Assembly: GCA_951406725.2 (NCBI GenBank)
Contig: OX597835.1
Location: forward strand, 16,678,001 to 16,742,000
From: Octopus vulgaris
Taxonomy: Eukaryota
Length of the DNA: 64,000 bases
Direction: 5' to 3'
Made by a program: the position numbers and the translations under genes. The notes under the pieces were generated by a model that was not told where the DNA came from, ran no database searches, and saw only the letters and a program-made list of their open reading frames with translations. Of the stretch, positions 14,430 through 29,241 are shown in pieces. The stretch's first letter is position 1. Each line of letters opens with the position of its first letter.

Positions 14430-15063
14430 TATTTTATCGATCCGGAAAGGATGAAAGGAAAAGTCGACCTCAGCAGAATTTGAACTCTGAACGTAAAGGC
14501 TGACGAAATGCCGCCAAGCAAGCATGCTAACGATACTGCCAGCTTACCAGCTTAATAATAAGTACAACAACGACGATAATAATGATTTCAAATTTTGGCA
14601 CAAGGCCAGCAACATCAGGAGAGAGAGAGTAAGTCGATTATATCGACGCCAGTGTTCAACTGGTCCTTATTTTTTCGACCCTGAAAGGATGAAAGACAAA
14701 GTTGACCTCGGGTTCAGTCCCGCTGCGTGGTACCTTGGGCAAGTGTCTTCTACTATAGCTTCGGGCCGACCAAAGCCTTGTGAGTGGATTTGGTAGACGG
14801 AAACTGAAAGAAGCCCGTCGTATATATATATACATGTATGTATGTATGTATGTATTTGTGTGTTTGTATTTGTCCCCCTCCCACCATCGCTCGACAACCG
14901 ATGTTGGTGTGTCTACGTTCCCGTAACTTAGCGGTTCGGCAAAAGAGACCGATAGAGTAAGTACTAAGCTTACAAAGATTAACTCCGGAAGTCTATTTGC
15001 TCGACTAAAGGCGGTGTTCCAGCATGGCCACTGTCAAATGAGTGAAACAAATAACAGAGTGAA
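14430..15063. mobile_element. Cluster of family A fragments (-) fused to a 5'-truncated family B copy (+, from 14711)
   Basis: Junction gttgacctcg|ggttcagtccc. Confidence 0.75.
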
Positions 15064-15123
15064 AGAATATCTTAGTAAAGTAAATATTTAATAGTTATAT
15101 AAGTAAATATTTAACATATTAAC

Positions 15124-15540
15124 AGGCGCAGGAGTGGCTGTGTAGTAAGTAGCTTGCTTACCAACCACATGGTTCCGGGTTCAGTCCCACTGCGTGGCAT
15201 CTTGGGCAAGTGTCTTCTGCTATAGCCTCGGGCCGACCAAAGCCTTGTGAGTGGATTTGGTAGACGGAAACTGAAAGAAGCCCGTCGTATATATGTAAAT
15301 ATATATATATGCGTGTGTGTTTGTGTGTCTGTGTTTGTCCTCTTAGCATTGCTTGACAACCGATGCTGGTGTGTTTATATCCCCGTTACTTAGCGGTTCG
15401 GCAAAAGAGACCGATAGAATAAGTACTGGGCTTACAAAAGAATAAGTCCCGGGGTCGATTTGCTCGATTAAAGGCGGTGCTCCAGCATGGCCGCAGTCAA
15501 ATGACTGAAACAAGTAAAAGAGTAAAAGAGAGTAAAGAGT
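15124..15540 (+). mobile_element. SINE family B, full length
   Basis: Matches 5685-6093. Confidence 0.85.
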
Positions 15541-15969
15541 ATAGTAACCAGTTTAACCAGTTACTTAGAGTTTCATGTTCCTATTAATGGATATTACTCA
15601 GACGGGGCTGGCTGACAGGACGAATACCCACACTGGGTCGGCTCATCAGTTTGATAAGCTCCAACTGAAGAAGGGAGCAGGAGTGTGATTCACCATGGTG
15701 CGAGTGCTTTCAACCAGAATCAGCAAATGAATACGTTTTAGAGTTAATCATCTGCTTGATTATGTGAGTGGTGACGTAGCTGGACATGTGATTAGCCACA
15801 TGATTTGCTGCATTGTTTTTGATGCTCGCTCAAAAAAAGCTGTCTGCACAAGTACACCAGCTTATCTCGCGATCGCCACTTCTATAAAAGATAGCTTATG
15901 TTTTGTTATATCATATCATATTTACATTATATTACATTAATAATATATTATATTACATTACATTACATG

Positions 15970-16040
<71 letters not shown>

Positions 16041-16120
16041 GTATATATACATATATATGTATATATGTATGTATGTATCTATCTATATGTATACATATAG
16101 ATATATGCATATATATTTGG

Positions 16121-16198
<78 letters not shown>

Positions 16199-16906
16199 TA
16201 TATAAGCACACCAGATATTATATATATATATGTGTGTGTATACATATATATGTATGTAAGTATGTATGTATGTATCTATACACACATGTATATGTGTGGG
16301 AAGGGAGAGACGAAAAAAAACTAGATGCAGCGATGGACAGAGATAAAAATACAACGTAAAACAAAACAAAATAAAAAAAAAATACAAACGTAAACAAAAA
16401 CGAGGAAAAAAAACACACCGAAACAAACAAAAATAAACAAGTAAATAAGAATGCAAGAAAAAACTGTCTGGAGCAAAATATAACGAAAAAATAGTTACAA
16501 AAACACTTCTGAACTACCCGTCCCTCCGCTTTCAAAACCAATTTTGAAATTAGCAAAGCAATGAGTCTAAATTGAGTTTCTGTGCAGAATTCCAGAAGGT
16601 CTTTAACGAGTAATTGGAATAATTGTGCTGCTGTACTGAATATCTATGGTAAATTCCGACTGTTTCCTTAATGATTGCCAGAAGATTTTAGATTAAATGG
16701 TACCGAGTTGTTCTCTGTGTGTCGACATGTGTTTGTGTTTTACTACGTTTCAACGTATGTGTGTATTTGTATTTGCATGTAAATGTCTCTGTATGTGCCA
16801 TGAGTATATGTGTATATGCGTATGTATGCGTAAGTATTGTGGGATACCCAAGCATATATATATATATATATATATATATACGTACACAGATATATGAATA
16901 CATTAT

Positions 16907-16967
<61 letters not shown>

Positions 16968-17542
16968 TATATATACATATACTATCATATAAAATTTATG
17001 TATCTACCCCACCACACACATACATAATATAGATATATGTATGTATTTGTGTGTGTGTATGTGTGTGCGTGTGTGTATGTGTGTGCGCGCACACAGATTT
17101 CCTTACATACAGAACTATGTCTAAGTTTTGTCTTTTTCTTTGAAGTCTTCGAAATAGAAATATATAGCTTGCACATACCCGCGTATTTAAAGAGAAGTTG
17201 TTCCTATATACATACATACATACATACATACATACATACATACATACATACATACATACATACATACATACATACATACATACACACATACATACATACA
17301 TTCATACATGCACACATGCACATATATATACTGATATTTTTTCCTATCTTGTCTGTAATAGATTTGTGACTATTCGGTGGTACAGAAGTATTTTTTGACT
17401 TCTATCATTAGCGATTTAGGTACTCATGTAGTACCCTTGTGTATATACGTACATATCTAATATTGTATGTACATATTTTATTAATTTGCCTGTACGGCTG
17501 ATAATTCGCTTATCACTTGTGATGCTATTTTAATAATACCAT

Positions 17543-17587
<45 letters not shown>

Positions 17588-17633
17588 AGCGCCATGCACG
17601 AGACTCTTGATTCTTGTAAGCATAATAAGATCA

Positions 17634-18290
17634 CTGGTTTACTGACTGAACTGATGTCCCTGGACGATAACAAATTGGTAAGTCTCTTTAGGGGTGAAAT
17701 TTAAGATGATTTTCAAAATCTTTGCAGCAAGGGTAAGCGAGGCCGTCTCATCAGGCAGATTTATGTGACCACTTCAGACCAAAGCTTATGGTGCTATGAT
17801 AATAAGCGCTGCTTGCACTTATGATCATAGTTTGCCTAGTTCACTAGTTTCGCTTAGTTCACTAGTTCCGCCTTGTTCACTAGTTTTGCCTAGTTCACTA
17901 GTTTCGCTTAGTTCACTAGTTTCGCCTAATTCACTAGTTTCGCCTAGTTAACTAGTTTCGCCTAGTTCACTAGTTTCACCTAGTTCACTAGTTTCGCCTA
18001 GTTCACTAGTTTCGCGTAGTTCACTAGCTTCGCCTAGTTCACTAGTTTCGCCTAGTTCACTAGTTTCGCCTAGTTCACTAGTTTCGCCTAGTTCACTAGT
18101 TTCGCCTAGTTCACTAGTTCCGCCTTGTTCACTAGTTCCGCCTTGTTCACTAGTTTCGCCTAGTTCACTAGTTTTGCCTAATTTACTCCAATGACAAGAA
18201 TTTGAAAAAAAAAATTCTTTGAAATTTCACCCCTAAAGAGTCTTACCAATTCTTTATCATCCAGGGGCACCAGATCAGCGAGTAGACCAG
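17634..18290. mobile_element. Foldback/MITE-like element with ~69-bp imperfect TIRs and an internal 18-bp tandem array
   Basis: 17634-17702 is the inverted complement of 18222-18290 (core aattggtaagtctctttaggggtgaaattt). Confidence 0.7.
17828..18182. repeat. 18-bp minisatellite (tttcgcctagttcactag), about 20 copies
   Basis: gttcac recurs at 18001, 18019, 18037 and 18055. Confidence 0.95.
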
Positions 18291-18468
18291 AAGACTTACC
18301 ATGCTGACAGAACTTTCCTTTTCATTTTCTTTTTCTGTTCCTGTTCACCGAGCTGCCCCCTACACCTTCATCCAAATCCTATTCGGCAAGCTGTCCTTAC
18401 ACATTCATCGAAATCATGGTACGTATGTTGTATATACTTTTGAATTTCGTACATCAAATAAGTATATA

Positions 18469-18543
<75 letters not shown>

Positions 18544-18659
18544 TTATTTGGTATCCTTATTTAATCAGAATTTGGAAAATTGTGGCCTTTGAAACATGTG
18601 TAGAATGTAATAAAAGGAATTCTGTACAATCTTCGTTCAACTCCATTTCTTCCATTCAC

Positions 18660-18690
<31 letters not shown>

Positions 18691-19226
18691 TTTATATATA
18701 TATATATATATGCGTATATAAAGTTTATAATATAAACACACACACACACTTAAACGCATGCGCACATGTTTTCGAGTATTTATACTTATATGGTTATATA
18801 CATATGCAACAATGTCGCATCGAAAGCAGTCACGTGGGCATAACGAATAAATCTGAAAGCTACTGTACCACACATACATACATACATACACACACATACA
18901 TATGCATATGTGCATGAATGTATTAATGTGCTTGCGTGCTTGCACGTATGCGTATTTATACTTGCGACTGTGTACACATGTGAACATACATATATGCATG
19001 TTCGTGCTCAAGTTAGTTAAATAATGCAAAAACGTACTCTTCCACGGGAATTGATGCACCTGGTGTCGTTACGAAAGCAGACAGGGGATCTAGCAACTAA
19101 TAGAGAATATTGTGTAATATATGGTGTGAAATGTGTGCATTGTGCGTGTATGCATGTGTGTGTGTGTATGCGTGTGTGTGTGTTTGATATGTGAGATGTA
19201 AAATGTGTGTGGTTTGTAATGTGTGT

Positions 19227-19269
<43 letters not shown>

Positions 19270-19281
<12 letters not shown>

Positions 19282-19705
19282 TATATGTGGTGTGTGATGT
19301 GTGTGGTGTGTGATATGTGTGGTGTGTGATGTGTGTGGTGTGTGATATATGTGGTGTGTGATGTGTGTGGTGTGTGATATATGTGGTGTGTGATGTGTGT
19401 GGTGTGTGATATATGTGGTGTGTGATGTGTGTGGTGTGTGATATATGTGGTGTGTGATGTGTGTGGTGTGTGATGTGTGTGGTGTGTGATATATGTGGTG
19501 TGTGATGTGTGTGGTGTGTGATATATGTGGTGTGTGATGTGTGTGGTGTGTGATATATGTGGTGTGTGATGTGTGTGATGTGTGATATATGTGCTGTGTG
19601 ATGTGTGTAGTGTGTGATATGTGTGTGGTGTGTGATATATGTGGTGTGTGATGTGTGTGATGTGTGATATATGTGCTGTGTGATGTGTGTAGTGTGTGAT
19701 ATGTG
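19270..19705. repeat. 15/30-bp minisatellite derived from (GT)n (gtgtgatatatgtggt/gtgtgatgtgtgtggt)
   Basis: Direct periodicity. A looser gatgtga-rich field lies at 20240-20850. Confidence 0.85.
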
Positions 19706-21096
19706 TGTTGCGTATGGTGTGTGTGGTGTACGGTGCGATGTATGTGTAATAGGCAATGTGTGATGTGCGTGCGTAATGTGTGATATTCGTTTTATCTTTT
19801 AGTCAGGAGCTAAGGCAGTGGCCAAGACCCTTTGCAGAGCTTCCGCGACTGGTGGAAGAAAGGAAGGAAAGTATCCCCAAACCAGAAACCTATCCCGAAT
19901 GCTTGCAACGCAGTGGTAGCCTCCACTTAAGGCACTCTATGTACCGGGTGGTTGTGTCAAACCGGGTAGTGGATTAAGTCTGTCACGCAAGTAAGCCCTG
20001 GTGGGATTTGAACTAAAAACCCAGAGTTATAACAAATACTACAAGGCATCTAATCTGACGTTTTCACAAACCCGCCACTCAACCGCTTCCCTGGATTGGC
20101 ACTTTTTACATCGACCACAAAAAGATTACAGGCAGAACTGACTTTAGTGAGATTCGAACTTAGAGTGCAGGGAGTCGGGGCATATACGAGATATTCTATC
20201 CAACAGGCTAATGACTCTAATAATTACACCGGTTTGTGAATGTGAAATGTGTACGTGATATTTGTGTGCGTGTATGCGTGTGATGCGTGAAATATTTGAT
20301 GTGTGTGTAGTGTGAGCTGTGTGTATGGTGTGCGATGTGTGTGTTGTGATCCGTGGGATGTGAGATGTGTGATGCCTGATGTGTGTTGTATGAGAAGTGA
20401 AATGTGAGATATGTGATTTGTGATGTGAGATGATGTATATGTGTTGTGTGAGGAATGTGATGCGTGAAATAAGATGTGTAATGTGGGGCGTGTAATGTGA
20501 GGTGTGAGATGTGAGATGTTTGAACTATGATATGAAATGGGAAATGTGTGAAATACGATGCATTTTGTTTGAGAAATATGATGTGATGTGGGATGCGTAA
20601 TTTGTGATGCGAGATGTGGGATATGTGAAGTGGAATGTAAGATGTGAAATGTGTATTTTGTGAAGTGGGATGTGAAATGTGTGTTTTGTGAAGTGGGATG
20701 TGTGATGTGAGGTGTAGGACGTGTAATGTGAGATTTGAAACGTGAGATATTAGAGGTGAGGTGTTAGATGTTTGCAACGGGATGTGAGATGTATGGGGTG
20801 TGTTGCGTGAGAAGTGTGATTGGTGAGTTACGTGATGTGTGAAATATGTCACGTTACCTAACTAGATCTAAAACCTTGTCTTTTCTTCAGTTCTGTCTCC
20901 ACTGTGATGTGTTAAACAAACAGAAAAGCGTTTTTTCAATGAAATTAAAAAAGAAAAAAAAGTACAAAATAAATAAATAAATAATTAAATAAATAAAACG
21001 AAAATAAAATGAAACAATAACAAAACATAAAGTATGCCTTAAAGAAAACACTATAATAAAAATAATAATAATAAAAATAATAATAATAAAAATAAA

Positions 21097-21159
<63 letters not shown>

Positions 21160-21161
<2 letters not shown>

Positions 21162-21281
21162 ATTATTTACATTTGACGGATATTTGTCCTCATCATGTTT
21201 GTTGTTAACACAACGTTTCGGCTGATATACCCACCAGCCTTCATCAGGTGTCATGGGGAAATTTCAAACCTGGGTTCTCAC
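21160..21281 (-). mobile_element. Hammerhead-bearing short dispersed repeat (Penelope pLTR-like), copy 1
   Basis: Near-identical to 32213-32342 and contains the hammerhead motif. Confidence 0.65.
21207..21252 (-). ncRNA. Minimal type I hammerhead ribozyme (Penelope-associated type)
   Basis: GACAC-CUGAUGA-A-GGCUGGUG(GGUA)UAUCAGCC-GAAA-CG-UU-GUGUU. Catalytic core intact, stem I GACAC/GUGUU, stem II with GNRA loop, palindromic ACGU stem III. Confidence 0.75.
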
Positions 21282-21454
21282 AGACACAAATACATACACA
21301 CTCTCGCGCACACATACCCACATGTATACATACACAATACAACACAAATACATACATACAACACAGCTATGCCACGTGTACATACAAACATACACACATA
21401 CATATATACATACATACGTACATACATACATACATACATACATACATACATACA

Positions 21455-21486
<32 letters not shown>

Positions 21487-21819
21487 CATACATATAACTA
21501 TGGAAGATAGCTGGACTTCCCTACAACAGGGGTACTACACTTAAACTATTTGGCGTAGTACCCTCTCTATATGGTATAGTCATGATGGAGGGGAATCGTG
21601 GGGTTTAGGGAAGAAGTTCCTAACTTTAATTGTTGTGACCCCTTTCGGCAAACCAATAATCCTTTGGATCCCTTTTTAAAGATATAAAATTAAAAAAACT
21701 TACCAGAGGGCGCACTTAGCATTTGTTACATTTTTCGGAGAAATATTCCTCAGAATTTGATTGCAGTAATGCAGTGTTGTGGCGTTTATGCCTATGGTAT
21801 ATTGCATAACATCGCCGTA

Positions 21820-22098
21820 TCATTGTATCGATCTGACAATCGGATGTTGTTATACACCGCTGGTCCCGATGCACTTCCTCGCATTGTTGTGGCTTAGGAA
21901 TGATGCCACTCCGCTGGTTAGGCGGGTGGGCTAACGTTACCGCTGAACGGAACGCTAGTCCGTCGCAGGGTTGACCACATATAACCGAGTGGACTGGAGC
22001 AACGTGAAATCAAGAACACGACGCACCGCCAATCTGGTAATCGAAGCCACATTCTAGGAATCGTGAGTGTAACACGCTAACCACTAAGCTACGTGCCT
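21820..22098 (-). mobile_element. Old SINE with a family D head/body and a different tail
   Basis: Head aggcacgtagcttagtggttag, body ttcacgttgctccagtccactc. Tail fragments recur at 24603-24680 and about 63625-63690. Confidence 0.6.
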
Positions 22099-22380
22099 TC
22101 ATAGTGAATGAATTATTCATGAATATTAAATGTTTTATTAAATATTTTAAAAGTAAAAGAATTTGGGTCGTAATCTTGAGGGTGTGAACTATCAACTTGG
22201 GGTATATTCTTGGTAAAACAAGAAACCCCAACCCTTTATTTCTGATGCCAATTGTCTCATGGCAAAAACAGAAAGTGTTTGGGAATATGTCCCCACTAAT
22301 ACAACAGCAATAACCCCTTGTAAACGACGCTCTATTCTCATTATGATTTTCTGTAGTGACGAAAAGAAATGTGGGTTTCG

Positions 22381-22696
22381 TGATGTACTTTTACTACAAT
22401 AGGGGACACGATTCCTTAAGTGTCCATATATGGTGATATCATGTAATGACAGGAATACAAGTTTAAAGTGTGCCTTTAAACCCATATGATGTATTTTTAC
22501 TACAACAGGGGTCACGATTCCTTAAGTGTCCATATATGGTGATATCATGTAATGACATGAATACAAGTTTAAAGTGTGCCTTTAAACCCATATGATGTAT
22601 TTTTACTACAATAGGGGTCACGATTCCTAAGTGTCCATATATGGTGATATCATGTAATGACAGGAATACAAGTTTAAAGTGTGCCTTTAAACCCAT
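22381..22696. repeat. Three tandem copies of a ~106-bp unit
   Basis: tgatgta starts at 22381, 22487 and 22593; the units are nearly identical. Confidence 0.95.
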
Positions 22697-23152
22697 AAAG
22701 TATTGATGTTCTGATTTCTACATCTGTTTCAAGGTCATAACAGAAAGGGATTGTGTGTTTTGCAAGTGTCTGCGCTACAATAAGGGTAAAAAAAATGCTT
22801 GAATATTGGTATTATTTTGATATCTTAAATAATGATGTTATTTCATATTGACAGAAGGGGGTCTTGTGGGTTTGGCGTGGTGGGGTCGTATGGTAAAAAA
22901 AAATGAGTAGGAGTTGTAAACAAAATTACTTACTTTTCTACTGTGTGCTGGTTCGTTCCTGGAATCTCTCCTTTAGGGATTTCGTTAGCCTGGTGGGCTG
23001 TAAAAAACAAAGAAGGGATCGCTAATGAAAAATCTTTATCAGCAGAAATATAATTTTAGGGAATTCATTTAAAATTCGAAAAGGGCAGCGATTTTTGGTC
23101 TCAGATGTTTCATTGCTAAACTTAATCTAAGGGAGAAAGGATGTGTGCGTAG

Positions 23153-23197
<45 letters not shown>

Positions 23198-23321
23198 AGA
23201 GAGAAGGAGAGAGAGACAGGAGAGAGAGAGGAAAAAGGAGAGAGAGTATTTAAGAGAGAGAGAGTGAGAGTTAAAGGAGAGAGAGCATTAAGAAATTGAC
23301 AAAGCGAGAGAGGAATACAGA

Positions 23322-23397
<76 letters not shown>

Positions 23398-23449
23398 CAT
23401 CCATCCATCCATCCATCCATCCATCCTTCTTTCTATATATTTATCTATC

Positions 23450-23520
<71 letters not shown>

Positions 23521-23568
23521 CATCCATCCATCCATCCATCCATCCTTCTTTCTATATATGTATCTATC

Positions 23569-23653
<85 letters not shown>

Positions 23654-24138
23654 ACAAATACCACATACTTAACGTACATGTATCACTTAATTACCATAGG
23701 AGGCAATTTGTTCGTCCAGGCAAAGTCTCTTCAACGGCGTATAGTGTTAAAAAGCTCAATACACATCAGAGCTAAGCGAAACGAAATCGCTGCAGAAGTA
23801 ATATCGAGAGCGTCACGTCTCATCAGAAATCAGCAAATCGAAGGCTGGTCACAATTAATGAGGAACATATTGATATTTTAAATTCTTTCTGCAAAATGAG
23901 GTGCAGCACTTTCTTCTTCTCATTAATTAGTGTATTGTGTCGTTCGCACAATTTAATCGGACCGTTTATTTCAGAAATAATTCTTTATTATTTAATGCAA
24001 GGTTTAATGCGAATGTGAATGTTCGAATACATTGAGAATACATACACCCACGCATGTAAATATATATATATATATACTCTACCACTAGTATTTGAGTACT
24101 CTTTTTTCCACCTTGTTTCACATTTATGTGTTTACTCC

Positions 24139-24181
<43 letters not shown>

Positions 24182-24428
24182 TTATGTCTGTCTGTCTGTA
24201 TGTATGTATGTATGTATGCATGTGTGTGTTTCAGGTACAACTGCATTCAATATTTAATTAATTTTGATTAATTAAAATATTGTGGTTGTCTCCCAATGCT
24301 TTTTTCATTAGAATTACTCATTTAAATAATAATTGTTCTAATCACTAAAGGTGTAAATTTTAATTAGTTAGAACTAAAATTTCTTGCCTTATTACATCAG
24401 GTCTGCTGGCTTCTACTTTACACACGCG

Positions 24429-24489
<61 letters not shown>

Positions 24490-24797
24490 GTATTCGCACG
24501 CACGCAATCACACACATACGCACAGACAGACAGACGCACACGCACGCACGCACACACATACACGTGCCACTCTGGATTAGTTTATTGAATATTGTTGAAT
24601 ACTGCTGATCACAATGCGCTTTCTTGCATTGTTGTAGCTTTCGAACGATGACACCCTGCTGGCTAGGCGGGTAGGCTAACTTTCCTCCTGAACCGAACAA
24701 CACACACACACACACACACACACACACATTACATGTATATGTATATATATATTATGTATATATATATATATATATATATATGCATTTATATTACATT

Positions 24798-24839
<42 letters not shown>

Positions 24840-24898
24840 TTATTATTATTATTAATAGTGTACAGACGCACTTATACACACACACACGTATGTGCTCT

Positions 24899-25432
<534 letters not shown>

Positions 25433-25459
25433 TATATATATATATATATATAGGAGTGT

Positions 25460-25582
25460 CTTTCATCTTCTCGGGGTCGATAAATTAATTACCAGTTACG
25501 TACTGGAGTCGATGTAATCGACTTAATCCCTTTGTCTGTCCTTGTTGTCCCCTCTGTGTTTAGCCTCTTGTGGGTAGTAAAG

Positions 25583-25586
<4 letters not shown>
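25460..25586 (+). mobile_element. SINE family A 3' half
   Basis: ggggtcgataaa...ttgtgggtagtaaagaaat. Confidence 0.75.
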
Positions 25587-25634
<48 letters not shown>

Positions 25635-26109
25635 GTGTGTGTGTGAGGGGGGGCGTAATCCCGCACAAATATAGAGATTTTGTAAAGAAATACACAGAGG
25701 AAAAAGAGAGAAAGAAAAAGCGAAAATGTGAAAACAACGGGAAATGTTTTGATTTATGGAAAGGGTCATTTTAAAGGGAGGTAATTCAATTTAGGGGAGA
25801 TTACGGAAAGGACAATGACACAAGACCAAAACAATGAAATTTCTGGCAGAAAAAAAATATTAAGAAGTACAGAATGGTAAATAAATCGAAATTCTTGGAA
25901 TGCCTATTATTACGTTTAAATAGTTACAATGATTAATGTAACAATTATAACTATCGTTCTTAATTAGTTTAATTAAACGCGTAGAATAATTAGTCACGAT
26001 GATCTTATTCGTAGCAAACATAAAAATAAGAAAAAAAACTTAAACAGTAATAATAATAACAATAATAATGATAATAATAATAATAATAATAATAGTAGTA
26101 GTAGTAGTA

Positions 26110-26149
<40 letters not shown>

Positions 26150-26189
26150 TAATAATAATAATAATATAATATCAACAACAGTAATAATG

Positions 26190-26270
<81 letters not shown>

Positions 26271-26302
26271 TTAATCATAATAATAATATAATATCAACAA
26301 CA

Positions 26303-26375
<73 letters not shown>

Positions 26376-26434
26376 TAATAATAATAATGATAAAAATAAT
26401 AATAATAATAACAACAATAATAATAATGATGATG

Positions 26435-26478
<44 letters not shown>

Positions 26479-26890
26479 TCTTGACTGCAAAAGTAAAAGC
26501 ACAATTGATGAAGGTAATTAATACTATAATATTAAATGTTTATGGTTGTTACTTTATAGTAGTATTGTTGGTTATAATGGCGATAATGATGACGACGACG
26601 ACGACGATGATGATGATGATGATGATGATGAGGATGATGACATTGTACTCAAATATTAGATTGTATGCATATGCGTATGTGCACACACCTAAATAGATTT
26701 TTTAAAAATTAACTGCTACATAATTAAAGGTTGGCAGTGACTTCGAAGTTCTGTTTCCTTGCCATAATCAGACTGACTGATGAAAGTAAATAGATTGAAT
26801 CGTCGAAGTAACGGTCAGCCTTTTCCTTGTAAAAATTAATGTTTACACGATTAAATAAGTATTAATATAATATAATATAATATAATATAA

Positions 26891-27281
26891 TATATATAAA
26901 AGTGAGGTTGTGTGTCTGTCTCCTACGATTTAGATTCCGAACTACTCCCACATTTTGCGGTGCAGTTTAACCAAAACCGGGTATCTTATAGTCGTGATTA
27001 ATATCGAGCCCTCCTGGGTATTAGCGCGCGTCTACGATGAGTCTACGATTAAAAAAAAAAATTACCATAATTTTTTTCCATTTAATGCATTTTTCGCTAT
27101 TATATAAGGGAAGTAACTCTCTAAAAATGTCTACGATGAGTCAACGATTTAAAAAAAAGTTACTATAATTTTTTTTCCATTTTTAATGCATTTTTTTGCT
27201 ATTTTTTGGCTATAACTCTCTAAAAATGCTTATATAGTTATTTCCCTTACAAACCCGAGCAACGCCGGGCGATACTGCTAG
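26891..27281 (+). mobile_element. Non-autonomous Helitron inserted in a (TATAA)n tract
   Basis: 3' hairpin cccgagc-aac-gccggg (27254-27269), then CTAG|T (27278-27281), no TSD. Internal ~99-bp duplication (27030/27129). Confidence 0.75.
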
Positions 27282-27559
27282 TATAATATAATATAATATA
27301 ATATAATATAATATAATATAATATAAATATAAAATATATATGTTTGTGTATATATGCACGTGTATCTACTTTCCAAATTGGTAATAAAGAAGAGAAAACA
27401 TAGTTAAACAAAGCAAATAACAGTTTTCACTAACTTAGAATTTCGGTGTTAAAATCTCCTTGTCAAGAATTTGTATTTATTGAAGATACATCATATCCAC
27501 ACCTTCAAGCTTCTGATGTGGAAATTATCAACATGTACAGGAAGTTCAACAGTATTGAC

Positions 27560-28000
27560 AACCCTTCAACACCGTCTCTGTTTGGAAATATGAAAGCCAG
27601 CTTACACAGAAAAGCCGCCATTAGGGGTGTGTTTGTGTCTTACTGAATAGTCCTATAAACCGGTGTCAAGTCTGTTTACGTACATAATAAAAGAACTCTC
27701 TTTGATCCATTGTGCCTTATTGATCAGTTCTACTCAGCGGCAGAAGCATCTGGAGAGCTGTCACAATCCAGATATCACGGTCATTATTAAAACCATGGAA
27801 CGGAACATTGGAAATATAACGATCAAAAATGCTATACTTATTAATTTACTGGACACAATTATATTCAAACGACATGAGCTACAGGAAGCGGATGGTTATT
27901 GTAATAATACCAGCTTGCACATATCTCTGTCGATCCTTCACAATCCATCAGATTCTCTTGGTAATGGGCTTTGAGACCGAAATATTGCAATACAAAGTAA
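27560..28000 (+). pseudogene. Highly decayed Penelope-like RT/GIY-YIG remnant
   Basis: Fragments *KPAYT (cf. RKPxxT), LIHCALLISS (cf. LxxRAxxICS) and KNAILI (cf. xEAxxI), ending in a decayed gaccgaaatattg motif. Confidence 0.35.
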
Positions 28001-28398
28001 AATTGTAAACTCTGTCTTGTTGAGTTTTCTTTCTGCTTTCGATCCTATGTGTCTAACTTGCATTCGACCGGTGCTTTATAATAATTCAATGGTTTTAAAT
28101 TATCTCACAAAAACCTTAGATAAAACATACTGCATAAATAAATAAGTAGATATATATAACATAAATGTTATGCGTGTGTGTATGTATGTATGTATGTATG
28201 TATGTATGTATGTATGTATGTATGTATGTATGTATGTATGTATGTATGTATGTATACATACATACATACTTACATACACACACACACATATATAAACTTA
28301 TTTATATATAAGTGAATGGTGGGTATATTTTGTGAAAAATATCTTACTAAGACTAATTATGAAGTACCCTGTGGAGTACAGATGTGACTTACGACCGA

Positions 28399-28524
<126 letters not shown>

Positions 28525-28746
28525 GTTTACATATACGTATGTATACACACACACACATATTTATGAAATAATACTGCATTTTGAAGTCTCTCCCGATAAT
28601 TTGATATTTAGATAAGAATCACAGGTCGTGACACTGAAAGTTTCCCAGCAGCCTTTGCACTATCATTAGCAAAATGATATCTAAATAATTTACGAATACT
28701 GCTGCTGGTGCCGTTCTTTCTGAGATTATTATTATCATTATTATTA

Positions 28747-28799
<53 letters not shown>

Positions 28800-28938
28800 G
28801 TTATTGTTATTGTTGTTGTTATTGTTGTTGTTGTTGCTGTTGTTATCGTTGTTGATTTTTGTCGATATCGCTGTACATATTTTTAGTATTTTGTTGTTTA
28901 ACTCTGTATTTTGGGGGGTGGGGGTGGCGATGCTTATC

Positions 28939-28989
<51 letters not shown>

Positions 28990-29019
28990 GTCATCATCAT
29001 CATCACCATCATCATTACC

Positions 29020-29097
<78 letters not shown>

Positions 29098-29195
29098 GTT
29101 GTCATCGTCGTCGCCATCTTCCACGCATACATACTTTTACGTACGAATACGTGTCTGTATATACGCGTGTATACATATACATATATACACACAAA

Positions 29196-29241
<46 letters not shown>

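Noticed and set aside
15625-15680. CTGATGA and CTGAAGA motifs as hammerhead cores
   Set aside because: No correctly placed stem II-GAAA-UH on either strand.
17828-18182. CRISPR-like look of the 18-bp and 40-bp arrays
   Set aside because: No unique spacers, no cas genes, and the context is eukaryotic.
28608-28930. Poly-Asn ORF ending RKNGTSSSIRKLFRY...
   Set aside because: Mostly (AAT)n/(GAT)n, with no acceptor linking it to the gene model.
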